DNA of 64,000 nucleotides from Planctomycetota bacterium (GTDB lineage: Bacteria > Planctomycetota > UBA1135 > UBA2386), in contig JBFWWV010000004.1 of the NCBI GenBank assembly GCA_050245995.1, positions 234,104-298,103 of the forward strand, given 5' to 3'. The position numbers and the translations under genes are program-made. Shown piece after piece: positions 8,794-18,683 of the stretch. The notes beneath the pieces were generated by a model. It had not been told where the DNA came from and did not search any database. It saw nothing but the letters and a program-made list of their open reading frames with translations. Every line of letters begins with the position of its first letter. Within the stretch, counting starts at the first letter, position 1.

Positions 8794-11103
8794 TCAGCGG
8801 CCGCCGTCGCCGGCGCCCTGCTCGCCCTGTCCGCCCGGGCGGCGGCCGCGGCGCCCGCCGGCGCCGGGGCGCGGGCCGGGGCCCTGGCCCTCGTAGGCCG
8901 GCAGCCGCAGCAGCTCGGGGTCGAGCTGCAGGAGCGCCTGCTCCAGGCGCTGCAGCAGGTCCTTGCGCTCGGCGGTCGTCAGCTTGGCGCGCAGCATCCG
9001 CGCGGTGTCGGCGGCGGAGATGTTCAGGCCGTCCATCGTCGCGGTCGCCTCCGGCTTCTGCGCGAACGCGGCCAGCAGCTGGTCGGTGGCGCCCGCGAGG
9101 TCGTCCTGCTCGAGCAGCACGCGGGCGCGGCCGGCGTGCGCGATCGCGAGGTAGTGGTCGACGTTCGACCGGGTCTCCGGGTCGGCCGCGGCGCAGCGCT
9201 CGTAGCGCGCGATCGCGCGGTCGTAGGCCTCGAGCGCCGCGGTGGCCTCGCCCTGGCGTCGGTGCTGTTCGGCGACCACCAGCGTGGCGTAGCCGGCGAA
9301 CCACGCGGTGCGCGCCGTCGGCCGCTGCTCGAGCATGCGCACGTAGGCGCGCTCGAGGCCGTCGATGCCGCGCTGCCGCAGCAGCTGGTCGCGCAGCCGT
9401 TCGTGCAGCATCGGCGACTCGGGGAAGCGCTGCAGCCCCTCGGCCAGGATCCGGTCGGCCTCGGCGTGGGCGCTGAGCGCGCGCACGAAGTCGTAGTGGT
9501 CGGCCACGTGGAAGTCGCGCCCGAGCGGGTGCCGCGCCAGCACCGAGTACGCGGTGTGCACGTCGGTCAGCCACTGCGGCGGCCACTCCGTCTTGTTGCG
9601 GATCGCGTCGACGATCGCGTTCTGCCGCGCCTCGGCGAAGATCTGCATCGCCGCCATCGCCGCGTAGCTCGACGCGTCCTGCGGCAGGATCTGCGCGGCC
9701 TGCTCGGCCTCCTTGTAGGCGGTCGGGAAGTCGCGCTGATGCCAGGCGCACGCGGCGAGCAGCGCGTGCAGCCGGAAGGTGCCGTCGACGACGGCGTCCA
9801 CGCCGAGCTCGCCGGCGCGCCGCGCCGCGCGCTTGGCGTCCTCGAGCAGCAGCCGCGCGTGCCGCCGGGCCCAGCGCTGGTTCTCGTGCGGGCTCGGCTC
9901 GTACTGCACCGCCAGCTGCAGCGTCGATTCGGCGAGCTGCAGGTGCGCGGCGGCGTCGCGCGGCGCCTCGAGCAGCGCCTGCTCCTGCTGCTGCAGCTCG
10001 GCCTCGATCGCGTAGCTGGTGGCCGCCGCGGCCGGCGGCTGCGCATCGGCCAGCGCCTGCGCCCAGCCGCGCACGTCGACGCCGCCGTCGGTGCCGGCCA
10101 GGCCGTCGTGCACCGCCGCCAGCGTGCGCGCCTGCGGCGAGGTCTCGCCGAGCCGGCGCAGCGCCGCCACCAGGCGGTCTCGTTCGCCCTGGTCCATCGG
10201 CACGCGCAGCGCCTCGGCGATCAGGTCGACGGCGCCGCCCTGGTCGGTCTGCGACAGCGTCGCCCGCGCCTGCTGCGCGCGGTCGACGTCGAGACCGAAC
10301 ACGCCGAGCCGCAGCAGGTCGACCGGCGCGTCACCCTGCAGCTGCGCGGCCGCGGCGAGCAGCGCGTCCTTCATCGGCGCGTCGCCGTCGGCGAAGGCCT
10401 GCTCGACCGCCTCGCGGTCGCGCACGTCGGCGCTGGCCACGCGCTCGAGGATCGAGCGGTCGCCGCGAACGACCGGCTCGGCCCGGATCGCGCGGTTCTC
10501 GATGCCGTTCTTGATCGCCGCGAACACCGAGTCGGTGTCGAACGCGTAGTAGACGTCGTAGACCTCGCTGCCGTCGAGCTCGACCATGATGTGGCGCGGC
10601 GCGATGCGACGGCCGTCCATGAACTTCTCGTACAGCAGCGGCTCGATCGCGATGTGCTCGCCGCACGTCACGCTGCCGAAGCGCGGGCACGGGATGCGGT
10701 GGCCGTGCTCGTCGTAGTCGCGCGGGTTGTGGCGGTACACCGACGCCATCACGCAGACGTACGGCTCGTACAGCGCCGCGATCTCGGGCTGGCGATAGCG
10801 GATGCCGGCGTAGTGCTCGCTGGCGATCTCGCCGTCCATGTTGATGCACACCAGGATCGCGCGCTTCTGCTCCTGCGCGAGCCGGACCGCGTCGTCCCAG
10901 GTGCGCTGGAACGTGATCTGCACCGGCTTCTTCCAGTCCTCGGCGGTCGGCGCGTACCACATCTGTTCGCGCGTGACGCCGTCGGGCAGCTGCGCGGTGA
11001 GCGGCGCCGCCGCGGCGAGCAGCAGGGCGCAGCGCGACAGCGGGCGGAGCAGGGAACGCGCGCGGACGGTCCGGTGCGCGGCGGGTCGTTGGGACGAGTT
11101 CAT
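8794..11103 (-). CDS. secreted hypothetical protein: N-terminal Cys-containing globular domain plus long TPR-like helical region and Gly/Arg-rich tail
   Basis: Real part of track ORF 8794..12726, starting at MNSSQRPAAHRTVRARSLLRPLSRCALLLAAAAPLTAQ (signal peptide). Domain with CINMDG...CVMASVY...CPRFGSVTCGEH (possibly thioredoxin-like or metal-binding; uncertain). Helical repeats follow, then a low-complexity C-terminal PGPRPGAGGRRGRRPGGQGEQGAGDGGR. Confidence 0.6.
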   Translation of the reverse strand: MNSSQRPAAHRTVRARSLLRPLSRCALLLAAAAPLTAQLPDGVTREQMWYAPTAEDWKKPVQITFQRTWDDAVRLAQEQKRAILVCINMDGEIASEHYAGIRYRQPEIAALYEPYVCVMASVYRHNPRDYDEHGHRIPCPRFGSVTCGEHIAIEPLLYEKFMDGRRIAPRHIMVELDGSEVYDVYYAFDTDSVFAAIKNGIENRAIRAEPVVRGDRSILERVASADVRDREAVEQAFADGDAPMKDALLAAAAQLQGDAPVDLLRLGVFGLDVDRAQQARATLSQTDQGGAVDLIAEALRVPMDQGERDRLVAALRRLGETSPQARTLAAVHDGLAGTDGGVDVRGWAQALADAQPPAAAATSYAIEAELQQQEQALLEAPRDAAAHLQLAESTLQLAVQYEPSPHENQRWARRHARLLLEDAKRAARRAGELGVDAVVDGTFRLHALLAACAWHQRDFPTAYKEAEQAAQILPQDASSYAAMAAMQIFAEARQNAIVDAIRNKTEWPPQWLTDVHTAYSVLARHPLGRDFHVADHYDFVRALSAHAEADRILAEGLQRFPESPMLHERLRDQLLRQRGIDGLERAYVRMLEQRPTARTAWFAGYATLVVAEQHRRQGEATAALEAYDRAIARYERCAAADPETRSNVDHYLAIAHAGRARVLLEQDDLAGATDQLLAAFAQKPEATATMDGLNISAADTARMLRAKLTTAERKDLLQRLEQALLQLDPELLRLPAYEGQGPGPRPGAGGRRGRRPGGQGEQGAGDGGR

Positions 11104-11258
11104 GAGCTGGAGCCGGCGCCGCGGTCGGCCGCCGGACCGTGCAGCGTAGCGGCTCGCGGCGCCGTCATCGAGGCATCCCGCCCGGCTGCTGTGCGCCCGC
11201 GACGAACTCGTCGCATCCGCGGTCGGCGCCGTTCCGCGCGCGTAGCGGCAAGGCGCCG

Positions 11259-12791
11259 TCAGCGCGGCGCGAGCTGCGGCAGCGCGCGCAGCCGCTCGGC
11301 GAGGACGCGGCCGGCGACCGCGTTGCCGCGCGCGTTCCAGTGGGTGTCGCGCAGCAGGTAGAGGTGCCGGTCGCCGTCGGCCAGCGCCGGCTCGGCCGCG
11401 AGCGCCGGCCAGAAGTCGACGCACGGGATCGCCGCGGCCTCGCACCAGCGCAGCAGCCGCTGCCGCAGCTCGTGCCGGCGCAGCGGCCGGCCGGCGGCGA
11501 TCTCGACGCGCCGCCACAGGGCGTCCTCGACCATCGACTCGTCGGGGATCAGCGCGAACAGCAGCGGGCGGTCCGCGCACAGCGTCCGCAGCCGACCGAG
11601 CTCGTGCTCGAACGCGGTCCAGCGCGCGGGATCGATGGTCGAGAACGCCACCGCGCGCTCGGTCTCGACGCGCAGGAACTCGTCGGGCGTGAAGGTGCCC
11701 GGCTCGCGGGGCGGATCGAGCAGCCACGGTCGCGCGCGCAGCACCGCGTCGAGGTCGGCGCCGGCGGCGGCCGACGCCGGCGTCGCGGCACCGCGCGCCA
11801 CCAGCAGCAGGCGCCGTGGCACCTCCCAGCACAGCAGATTGCCGCGGTCGAACCAGTCGCGCAGCCACAGGTCGCCGACGCCGGCGCGCGGCGTCTCGAG
11901 CAGGTCGTTGCCGAGGAACAGGCTGACCACGACGACGTCGGGCGCGAGCGGCAGGACCTCGTTCTGCAGCAGCCAGCGGTACTCGGCCGGTCCGATCGCC
12001 GGCCAGCCCACGTTCCACAGCGCCGCCGGCCGGCCGGCCGCGGCGAGTGCGCGTTCGGCCACGGTCGTGTAGTGCATCGAGTGCGGCACGAAGCTGGCGC
12101 TGAACGAGTCGCCGATCACCGCCACCACGGCGCCGCAGTCCGCGCCCGGCGCGGCGAACGGCTCGTCGTAGAAGCCGCGGCCGTTGCACGCCGTGCCCAG
12201 GTGCACCTCGCCCGGGGCGAAGGCGTGCGCGCGCAGACGCCGCTGCGAGCCGGCGGCTGCGCGGGTCCACAGCGGCCCGGGCGCGATCGCGGCGGCGGCG
12301 CGCAGCGTCAGGTCGGCCAGCGGCACGCACAGGGCGAAGCCCACGCCGAGCCGCGCCAGGCGCCCCGGCGGTCGCGCCCGCTGCGGCGTCGGCGCCAGCG
12401 CCAGCAGCGCGGCCAGTACGCCGCCCCAGGCCGCGAACCACGCGCCGATGCGCGCGGTGTTGTAGGTCGAGGTGCCGAGCGCCATGGCAAGCCACAGCAG
12501 CACGGTGCCGCCGAGCGCGCGGCGGAGCAGGACGCCCGCCGCCGGGGCCGTGGCCGCGCGACGGTGCGCGCGCAGCCGCAGCGCCGCCAGCAGCAGCGCC
12601 AACGGCGCGAACGCAGCCATCGCGGTCAGCGCCAAGACGACCGGGCTGCCCCAGGGCGCCAGGTCGTCGTCGCTGGTCAGCGCACGGACGCCGCCCCAGA
12701 GCGCTGCCGCGGCGGCGAGCAGCCATGCGCCGAGCGCCACGGACCGCAGCGAGCGTCGTCTGTCCTCCATGCGCCGCAGCCCAGCGGGCAT
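11259..12791 (-). CDS. membrane-bound SGNH-hydrolase-type acyl-esterase/O-acetyltransferase-like protein (AlgJ/AlgX-like DTHW motif)
   Basis: Track ORF 11259..12983. Start chosen at M65 (MPAGLRRMEDRRR). Alternative starts are 12770 (M72) and 12812 (M58). Four N-terminal TM helices, then GDSxS block (IGDSFSASF) and DTHWN block characteristic of SGNH/DHHW polysaccharide O-acyltransferases. Confidence 0.65.
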   Translation of the reverse strand: MPAGLRRMEDRRRSLRSVALGAWLLAAAAALWGGVRALTSDDDLAPWGSPVVLALTAMAAFAPLALLLAALRLRAHRRAATAPAAGVLLRRALGGTVLLWLAMALGTSTYNTARIGAWFAAWGGVLAALLALAPTPQRARPPGRLARLGVGFALCVPLADLTLRAAAAIAPGPLWTRAAAGSQRRLRAHAFAPGEVHLGTACNGRGFYDEPFAAPGADCGAVVAVIGDSFSASFVPHSMHYTTVAERALAAAGRPAALWNVGWPAIGPAEYRWLLQNEVLPLAPDVVVVSLFLGNDLLETPRAGVGDLWLRDWFDRGNLLCWEVPRRLLLVARGAATPASAAAGADLDAVLRARPWLLDPPREPGTFTPDEFLRVETERAVAFSTIDPARWTAFEHELGRLRTLCADRPLLFALIPDESMVEDALWRRVEIAAGRPLRRHELRQRLLRWCEAAAIPCVDFWPALAAEPALADGDRHLYLLRDTHWNARGNAVAGRVLAERLRALPQLAPR

Positions 12792-13078
12792 CGCACCCGG
12801 GGCCGGCCGCATTCTGCCCGGCGCGCGCGGGGTGCGCGACGCCGCAGGAGTGGCCGCGGGCCGGGTGGGACCCCGACCACGGCGGCGCGACGCGCGGGCA
12901 GTTCGACGTGGTGCCGGCGACCGTCGACGACCACTGCAGTTCGCTGCGTCGGCGCCTGACGCGGCGCGGATCGGGCGGTCCAAGGCGTCAGGAATACGGC
13001 CGCCGCCTCGACGTCGGAGGCTTTCCCCAGTCGGCGCCGACGCGGCGCCGGGATCCGCCTGCTACCATTCGCCCCCGC

Positions 13079-14722
13079 ATGGCTGCCAGTCGTCTCGCGG
13101 CCAAAAGGTCCGTCGGTTCGTCCCGTTGCCCGTTGGCGCTCTGCCTGTGGGCGGCCTCTGCATGCACCGCCGGCTACCACGTCGAAGCCGCTGATCGGGA
13201 AGTCCAGGAGCTGCTCGCGAGCAGCACGGAGGCGGTGCGCACCGCGCGCAGCGCCCGCATCGTCCGGCCGGAGGTCGAGGTCGAGCCCGCGCCCTCGCCG
13301 GCGGCGGCCCCCGACCCCGCAGTCGCCGATCCCAGCGGGCCGATGGCCGTCGACCTGCACGGCGCGCTGGCGCTGGCGGTGCGGCACAACCGCGACTACC
13401 TGTCGCGCCACGAGGCGCTCTACCGGCAGGGGCTGTCGTACTCGTTCACGCGGTTCCAGTTCGGGCCGCTGTTCCAGTCGACGATCGCACACGTCTGGGC
13501 CGACCAGGAGAACGCGCTCGGCGTGCAGCGGCTCAGCGGCAACCTGGGCGTGAGCCAGATCCTGCCGACCGGCGGCCGGCTCGGCGCCGACGTGTTGCTC
13601 GGCCGCGACTGGTTCGAACGCACGGCCGGCGGCGGCGCGTTCGGCGACGGCCAGTACGACTCGGCGCTGGCGCTGACGCTGCGCCAGCCGCTGCTGCGAG
13701 GCGCGGGCTACGAGGTGTCGCACGCGGCGCTGACGCAGGCCGAGCGCGACCTCGTCTACGCGATCCGCGACTTCGAGCTGTTCCGCGAGAACTTCTCGAT
13801 CGGCATCGCCCGCAGCTTCTTCGACCTGGTCAGCCAGCAGCAGACGCTCGACAACGAGGAGACCAACCTGCGGCAGGCGGTGTTCGACCGCCGTCAGGCC
13901 GAGGCGCTGCTGCAGGTCGATCGCGTGACCGAGGTCGAGGTCTACCGCGCCCGGCGCCGCGAGATCGAGGCCGAGAACCGCCTGCTCGACGCGCGCGCGA
14001 CGTTCGAGCGCGCGCGCGACCAGTTCAAGATCGACATGGGCCTGCCGATCGCCGCCGCCATCGAGATCGCGCCGGCCGAGCCGCCGTTCGAGCCGGTGCG
14101 GTTCGATCCGGACTCCGCGGTTGCGTCCGCGCGCGCCAACCGCCTCGACCTGATCACCGAGCAGCAGCGCCTCGAGGACGCCGAGCGCGAGGTGCGCATC
14201 GCCGAGAACGCGGTGCTGCCGCAGCTCGACCTCGACGTCGGCGTGGGGCTCGGCGCCGACCCCGCCGGCGGGTTCGGCGCGGCGCTCCCCGACGAGTGGA
14301 ACGCCTCGATCGGCATCACCATGGCGCTGCCGCTGCAGCGCGTCGGCGAGCGCAACAACCTGCGCTCGGCGCAGATCGCGCTCGAGCAGGCTCGTCGCGG
14401 CTACGGCCTGCTGCTCGACCAGATCGAGCTGGAGATCAAGAACCAGCTGCGCAACCTGCGCAGCCTCGAGCAGCAGATCGCGCTGCAACGCGGCCAGATC
14501 GTTCAGGAGCAGCGCGCGGTGACCGTGACCGAGATCCGTTTCGAGTCCGGCGACCTCGACAACCGCGACCTGCTCGAGGCGCGCAACGCGCTGTTCGCGG
14601 CGCAGAACGCGCTGATCCAGCTGCAGGTGCAGCACTTCATCGCGCGCCTGCAGCTGCTGCGCGACCTCGGGTTGCTGTTCGTCGACGACGACGGCATGTG
14701 GGACGACGGAGCGGGACGATGA
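13079..14722 (+). CDS. TolC-family outer-membrane efflux protein
   Basis: Real part of track ORF 12725..14722 from MAASRLAAKRSVGSSRCPLALCLWAASAC (lipoprotein-like signal). Two OEP repeats with coiled-coil-rich helical segments. The stop overlaps the next start (ATGA). Confidence 0.8.
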   Translation: MAASRLAAKRSVGSSRCPLALCLWAASACTAGYHVEAADREVQELLASSTEAVRTARSARIVRPEVEVEPAPSPAAAPDPAVADPSGPMAVDLHGALALAVRHNRDYLSRHEALYRQGLSYSFTRFQFGPLFQSTIAHVWADQENALGVQRLSGNLGVSQILPTGGRLGADVLLGRDWFERTAGGGAFGDGQYDSALALTLRQPLLRGAGYEVSHAALTQAERDLVYAIRDFELFRENFSIGIARSFFDLVSQQQTLDNEETNLRQAVFDRRQAEALLQVDRVTEVEVYRARRREIEAENRLLDARATFERARDQFKIDMGLPIAAAIEIAPAEPPFEPVRFDPDSAVASARANRLDLITEQQRLEDAEREVRIAENAVLPQLDLDVGVGLGADPAGGFGAALPDEWNASIGITMALPLQRVGERNNLRSAQIALEQARRGYGLLLDQIELEIKNQLRNLRSLEQQIALQRGQIVQEQRAVTVTEIRFESGDLDNRDLLEARNALFAAQNALIQLQVQHFIARLQLLRDLGLLFVDDDGMWDDGAGR

Positions 14723-16308
14723 GCAAGGCAGTCTGGATCGCGGTGGTGCTCGGGTGCGGCGGCGGCGGCGCGTGGTGGCTCAGCGGCGACGGCGCCGCGG
14801 TCGCGGCCGGGGCCGCCGCCGACCCTTCGACCTACACCGTCGCGCGCGGCGATCTCGACATCACGATCACAGAGAACGGCACGCTGGTCGCCAAGGAGTC
14901 GCGCAAGGTCGTGCCGGAGTTCCGCGGCGAGGGCAAGATCGTGTTCCTGCTCGAGGAGGGCGCCGCGGTCCAGGAGGGCGACGTCGTCTGCCGCTGCGAC
15001 ACCTCCGGCCTCGAGGACCAGGTCGAGCAGCAGGAGATGGACATCGTGCAGGGCGAGGCCGCGCTGGTCACGGCGCGCACCGAGCTCGAGATCCAGATCG
15101 CCGAGAACGCCGCCGAGGTCGAGAAGGCGCGGATGACCCTCGACCTCATGCGCCAGGAGGACGAGAAGTACCGCGACGGCGTCGCGCCGCAGGACCGCCG
15201 CGTGCTCGAGGTCGGGATCAAGGACGCCGAGACCGAGTTCAAGCGCGCGCAGAAGCGCCACGAGGACTCGCAGCGGCTGGTCGAGCAGGACTTCATCAAG
15301 CGCAGCGAGCTCGAGCAGCACGCGATCGACCTGGAGAAGGCCACCGTCAAGCTGGAGAGCGCGCGGCAGGCGTTGGCCCTGCAGCTCAAGTACACCGCGC
15401 CGATGACGCTGCGCAAGAACACCAACGCGGTCGCCGACGCCGAGCGCGACCTCGAGACCGCGGAGAAGCGAGCCCGCTCGCGGCTCAACCAGCGCGAGGC
15501 CGACGTGCTGCAGGCGGAGAAGAAGATCAAGCGCCTGCAGCAGCAGCTCAAGGACCGTCGGGAGGACATCGAGAAGATGACCCTGAAGGCGCCGTGCCCC
15601 GGCATCCTGATCTACGGCGACCCGCGCGAGCCCTGGTACCGCGAGCAGTGCAAGGTCGGCGGCATGATCTACGGCGGCAACACGCTGATGACGATCCCCG
15701 ACCTGCGCGTCATGCAGGTCAAGATCGAGGTGCACGAGGCGGACATCAACAAGGTCGAGGTCGGTCAGCCGGTCGACGTGACGATGGACACCTACCCCGG
15801 CCTGCAGCTGCAGGGCGAGGTGTCCCGGGTCGCCAACATCGCCTCGTCGGGCAGCCCGTGGGAGCCGGTCAGCGAGGTCAAGAAGTTCGGCGTCGAGATC
15901 CTGCTCAAGGACACCGCGGCGCAGCAGCTGAAACCCGGCATCAGCGCCAAGGCCAGGATCCGGATCGCGCGCCGCGACGGCGTGCTCTACGTGCCGCTGC
16001 AGTGCGCCTTCCTCGAGGACGGCGGCCACCGCTGCCTCGTGGTCGGCCCCGACGGCCCGCAGCGGCGCGCGATCGAGGTCGGCATGAGCAACGACACCTG
16101 GATCGAGGTCCGGAGCGGCCTCGAGGCCGGCGAGCGGGTGCTGCTGCACAACCCGTTCCTGAGCGGGGCCCAGAAAGGCAAGGGCAAGGGCGAGGGCGAG
16201 GGCAAGGGCGAGGGCAACGGCGAGGGCGAGAGTGACGGTGGGGCCGAGGGTGGGGGCGCGAGCGGCGCGACGGCGGTCGAGGCCACGGCGACGCAGGACG
16301 GCCGGTGA
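14719..16308 (+). CDS. HlyD/MacA-type periplasmic membrane-fusion (adaptor) protein
   Basis: Real part of track ORF 14296..16308 from MSKAVWIAVVLGCGG. Long coiled-coil, beta-barrel/lipoyl and MP domains. C-terminal Gly/Glu/Lys low-complexity tail (GKGKGEGEGKGEGNGEGE). Start overlaps TolC stop and stop overlaps ABC ATPase start (GTGA). Confidence 0.85.
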   Translation: MSKAVWIAVVLGCGGGGAWWLSGDGAAVAAGAAADPSTYTVARGDLDITITENGTLVAKESRKVVPEFRGEGKIVFLLEEGAAVQEGDVVCRCDTSGLEDQVEQQEMDIVQGEAALVTARTELEIQIAENAAEVEKARMTLDLMRQEDEKYRDGVAPQDRRVLEVGIKDAETEFKRAQKRHEDSQRLVEQDFIKRSELEQHAIDLEKATVKLESARQALALQLKYTAPMTLRKNTNAVADAERDLETAEKRARSRLNQREADVLQAEKKIKRLQQQLKDRREDIEKMTLKAPCPGILIYGDPREPWYREQCKVGGMIYGGNTLMTIPDLRVMQVKIEVHEADINKVEVGQPVDVTMDTYPGLQLQGEVSRVANIASSGSPWEPVSEVKKFGVEILLKDTAAQQLKPGISAKARIRIARRDGVLYVPLQCAFLEDGGHRCLVVGPDGPQRRAIEVGMSNDTWIEVRSGLEAGERVLLHNPFLSGAQKGKGKGEGEGKGEGNGEGESDGGAEGGGASGATAVEATATQDGR

Positions 16309-17018
16309 CCGGCGATCCCGCGCAACCCCTGCTCGAGCTGGCCGCGGTGACGCGGACCTACGGCACCCAGCAGAACCCGGTGCCGGTGCTGCACGGCATC
16401 GATCTGCGCGTCACCGAAGGTGAGTACGTCGTCATCATCGGCCCGTCCGGCTCGGGCAAGTCGACGATGCTCAACATCCTCGGCTGCCTGGATCGGCCGA
16501 GCACCGGCGCCTACCGGGTCGGCGGCGACGACGTGCAGGCGCTGACCGACCTGCAGCTGTCGCGGGTGCGCAACCAGCGCATCGGGTTCGTGTTCCAGTC
16601 GTTCCAGCTGGTGCCGCACCTGAGCGTCGAGGAGAACATCGAGCTGCCGATGTTCTACGCCCGCGTGCCGCGCGCCCGGCGGCGCCGGCGCTGCCAGGAG
16701 CTGGCCGCCACCGTCGGCCTCGGCCACCGGCGCGGCCACCTGCCGAACATGCTGTCGGGCGGCGAGTGCCAGCGCGTCGCGATCGCCCGCGCGCTCGCCA
16801 ACGAGCCGATGCTGCTGCTGGCCGACGAGCCGACCGGCAACCTCGACTCCGCGACCAGCCTCGAGATCCTGCGGCTGTTCGACGAGCTGCACGGCGCCGG
16901 CCGCACGATCGTGCTGATCACCCACGACCCGCAGATCGCCGCGCGCGCGCCGCGCTGCGTGGCGCTGCGCGACGGCCGCGTCGAGGCCGACGAGGTGCGG
17001 CAGGCGGTGGCGCCGTGA
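16305..17018 (+). CDS. ABC transporter ATP-binding protein (MacB/LolD-type)
   Basis: Walker A GPSGSGKST, ABC signature LSGGECQRVAIARAL, Walker B LLLADEPTGNLD, H-loop ITHD. Confidence 0.9.
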   Translation: MTGDPAQPLLELAAVTRTYGTQQNPVPVLHGIDLRVTEGEYVVIIGPSGSGKSTMLNILGCLDRPSTGAYRVGGDDVQALTDLQLSRVRNQRIGFVFQSFQLVPHLSVEENIELPMFYARVPRARRRRRCQELAATVGLGHRRGHLPNMLSGGECQRVAIARALANEPMLLLADEPTGNLDSATSLEILRLFDELHGAGRTIVLITHDPQIAARAPRCVALRDGRVEADEVRQAVAP

Positions 17019-18286
17019 TCGCGTTCGAGCTGCTGTTCGAGTCGGTGCGCAACCTGTGGCGCCACAGGCTGCGCTCGTTCCTGACCGCGCTCGGCATCGT
17101 GTTCGGCATCGCCTCGGTGATGGCGATGGTGGCGACCGGCGAGGGCGCGCGCCGCGCGATCCTCGAGCAGATCCAGCAGCTCGGCATCGACAACGTCATC
17201 GTCAACGCGCGCAAGCCACCCGAGGAGCAGAAGGTCGAGAGCCAGCCCAGGAGCTCTCAGCTGCGCTACGGGCTCACGTTCCGCGACGCGGAGCAGATCC
17301 GCGCGACGCTGCCCGGTGTCGCCCAGGTGCTCGAGGTCCACGACGCCACGCGCTGGATCTGGCTGCGCGGCCGCCGGCTCGAGGCCAAGGTGCGCGGCGT
17401 GCGGCCCGAGTACCTGGAGCACCTCGGCATGCGGCCGGTGCTCGGCCGGGCGCTGTGCGAGGCCGACGAGGTCGCCCGGGCGCGCGTCTGCGTCGTGCGC
17501 GCGCGGCTGCTCGGCGAGATGGACTACGTCGGCGATCCGCTGCAGCTCGACCTGCGCGTCGGCGCCGAGTACCTGCGCGTCGTCGGCGTGCTGCCCGACC
17601 TCGGCTTCCAGAGCCCCAACAAGTCCGTGCTCGGCATGGACGACCGCACGCTCGAGGTCTACGTGCCGCACCGCACGATGATCGACCGGTTCGGCGTCGA
17701 GGAGACCAACCGCAGCGCCGGCACCTACGAGAACTCGCGCGTCGAGCTGCACCAGATCGTCTGCAAGACCGCCCCTGGCGCCTCTGTGCTGCAGGTCGCC
17801 AAGGGCATCCAGCAGGTGCTCGCGCACAACCACCAGCGCAAGGACTACGAGGTCGTCGTCCCGCTCGAGCTGCTCGAGTCCAAGCAGAGCACCCAGCGCG
17901 TGTTCGACATCGTGCTGCCGATCATCGCCGGCATCTCGCTGCTGGTCGGCGGCATCGGCATCCTCAACATCATGCTGGCCAGCATCACCGAGCGGACCCG
18001 CGAGATCGGCATCCGCCGCGCCATCGGCGCCTCGCGCGCCGACATCGTCTGGCAGTTCCTGACCGAGACCGTGGTGCTCGCCGCCGCCGGCGGCCTGCTC
18101 GGCGTGCTGCTCGGGGTCGGCTTCGTCGCCGCGCTGCGCGCGTTCACCGAGTGGCAGCCGACGATCACGCCGGGCTCGGTGGCGCTGTCGATGGGGGTGT
18201 CGTGCCTGACCGGCATCGTGTTCGGCATCCAGCCGGCGCGGCGGGCGGCGCTGATGGATCCGATCCAGGCGTTGCGGCACGACTGA
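17015..18286 (+). CDS. ABC transporter permease (MacB/FtsX-type, with periplasmic domain)
   Basis: Real part of track ORF 16766..18286 from VIAFELLFESVRNLWRHRLRSFLT (GTG overlapping upstream stop). N-terminal TM, large periplasmic domain, C-terminal FtsX 3-TM bundle (ERTREIGIRRAIGASR). Confidence 0.9.
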   Translation: MIAFELLFESVRNLWRHRLRSFLTALGIVFGIASVMAMVATGEGARRAILEQIQQLGIDNVIVNARKPPEEQKVESQPRSSQLRYGLTFRDAEQIRATLPGVAQVLEVHDATRWIWLRGRRLEAKVRGVRPEYLEHLGMRPVLGRALCEADEVARARVCVVRARLLGEMDYVGDPLQLDLRVGAEYLRVVGVLPDLGFQSPNKSVLGMDDRTLEVYVPHRTMIDRFGVEETNRSAGTYENSRVELHQIVCKTAPGASVLQVAKGIQQVLAHNHQRKDYEVVVPLELLESKQSTQRVFDIVLPIIAGISLLVGGIGILNIMLASITERTREIGIRRAIGASRADIVWQFLTETVVLAAAGGLLGVLLGVGFVAALRAFTEWQPTITPGSVALSMGVSCLTGIVFGIQPARRAALMDPIQALRHD

Positions 18287-18318
18287 GGGGCCGCGGTGTC
18301 GGTCTACGGCCTGCTGGA

Positions 18319-18645
18319 GTGCTGACCCTCATCCGCGCCGTGCACACGTTCGTCTGGGCCGTGTTCGTGGCCTGCATCGCCGGCGTCTACGTGTTCGCCG
18401 CGCGCGCGCAGTTCGCAGTGGCGCTGATCCTGATCGGCGTCGTGCTCGTCGAGGTGGTGGTGCTGGTGGGCAACGGCATGCGCTGTCCGCTGACCGACCT
18501 CGCGGCGCGCCACACCGACGACCGAGCCGAGAACTTCGACATCTGGCTGCCGCGCTGGCTGGCGCGGCACAACCAGCAGGTCTTCGGCGCCCTCTACGTG
18601 GGCGGGGTGCTGTTCACCGGCGCCCGCTGGCTCTGCGAACGGTGA
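18319..18645 (+). CDS. small hypothetical membrane protein (108 aa, 2–3 TM)
   Basis: C-terminal part of track ORF 17056..18645. GTG start 33 nt after the permease stop. Hydrophobic helices VHTFVWAVFVACIAGVYVF and VALILIGVVLVEVVVLV. Confidence 0.45.
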   Translation: MLTLIRAVHTFVWAVFVACIAGVYVFAARAQFAVALILIGVVLVEVVVLVGNGMRCPLTDLAARHTDDRAENFDIWLPRWLARHNQQVFGALYVGGVLFTGARWLCER

Positions 18646-18683
18646 CTTCCCACGGATCGGCGGCGGCGTATCGTCGCGTCCGC

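Noticed and set aside
9136-14635. ORFs 9136..11361 (+), 11139..12959 (+), 12677..14635 (−)
   Set aside because: Antisense to the secreted TPR-like, SGNH and TolC genes. Arg/Val/Glu/Asp/Gly-rich shadow ORFs.
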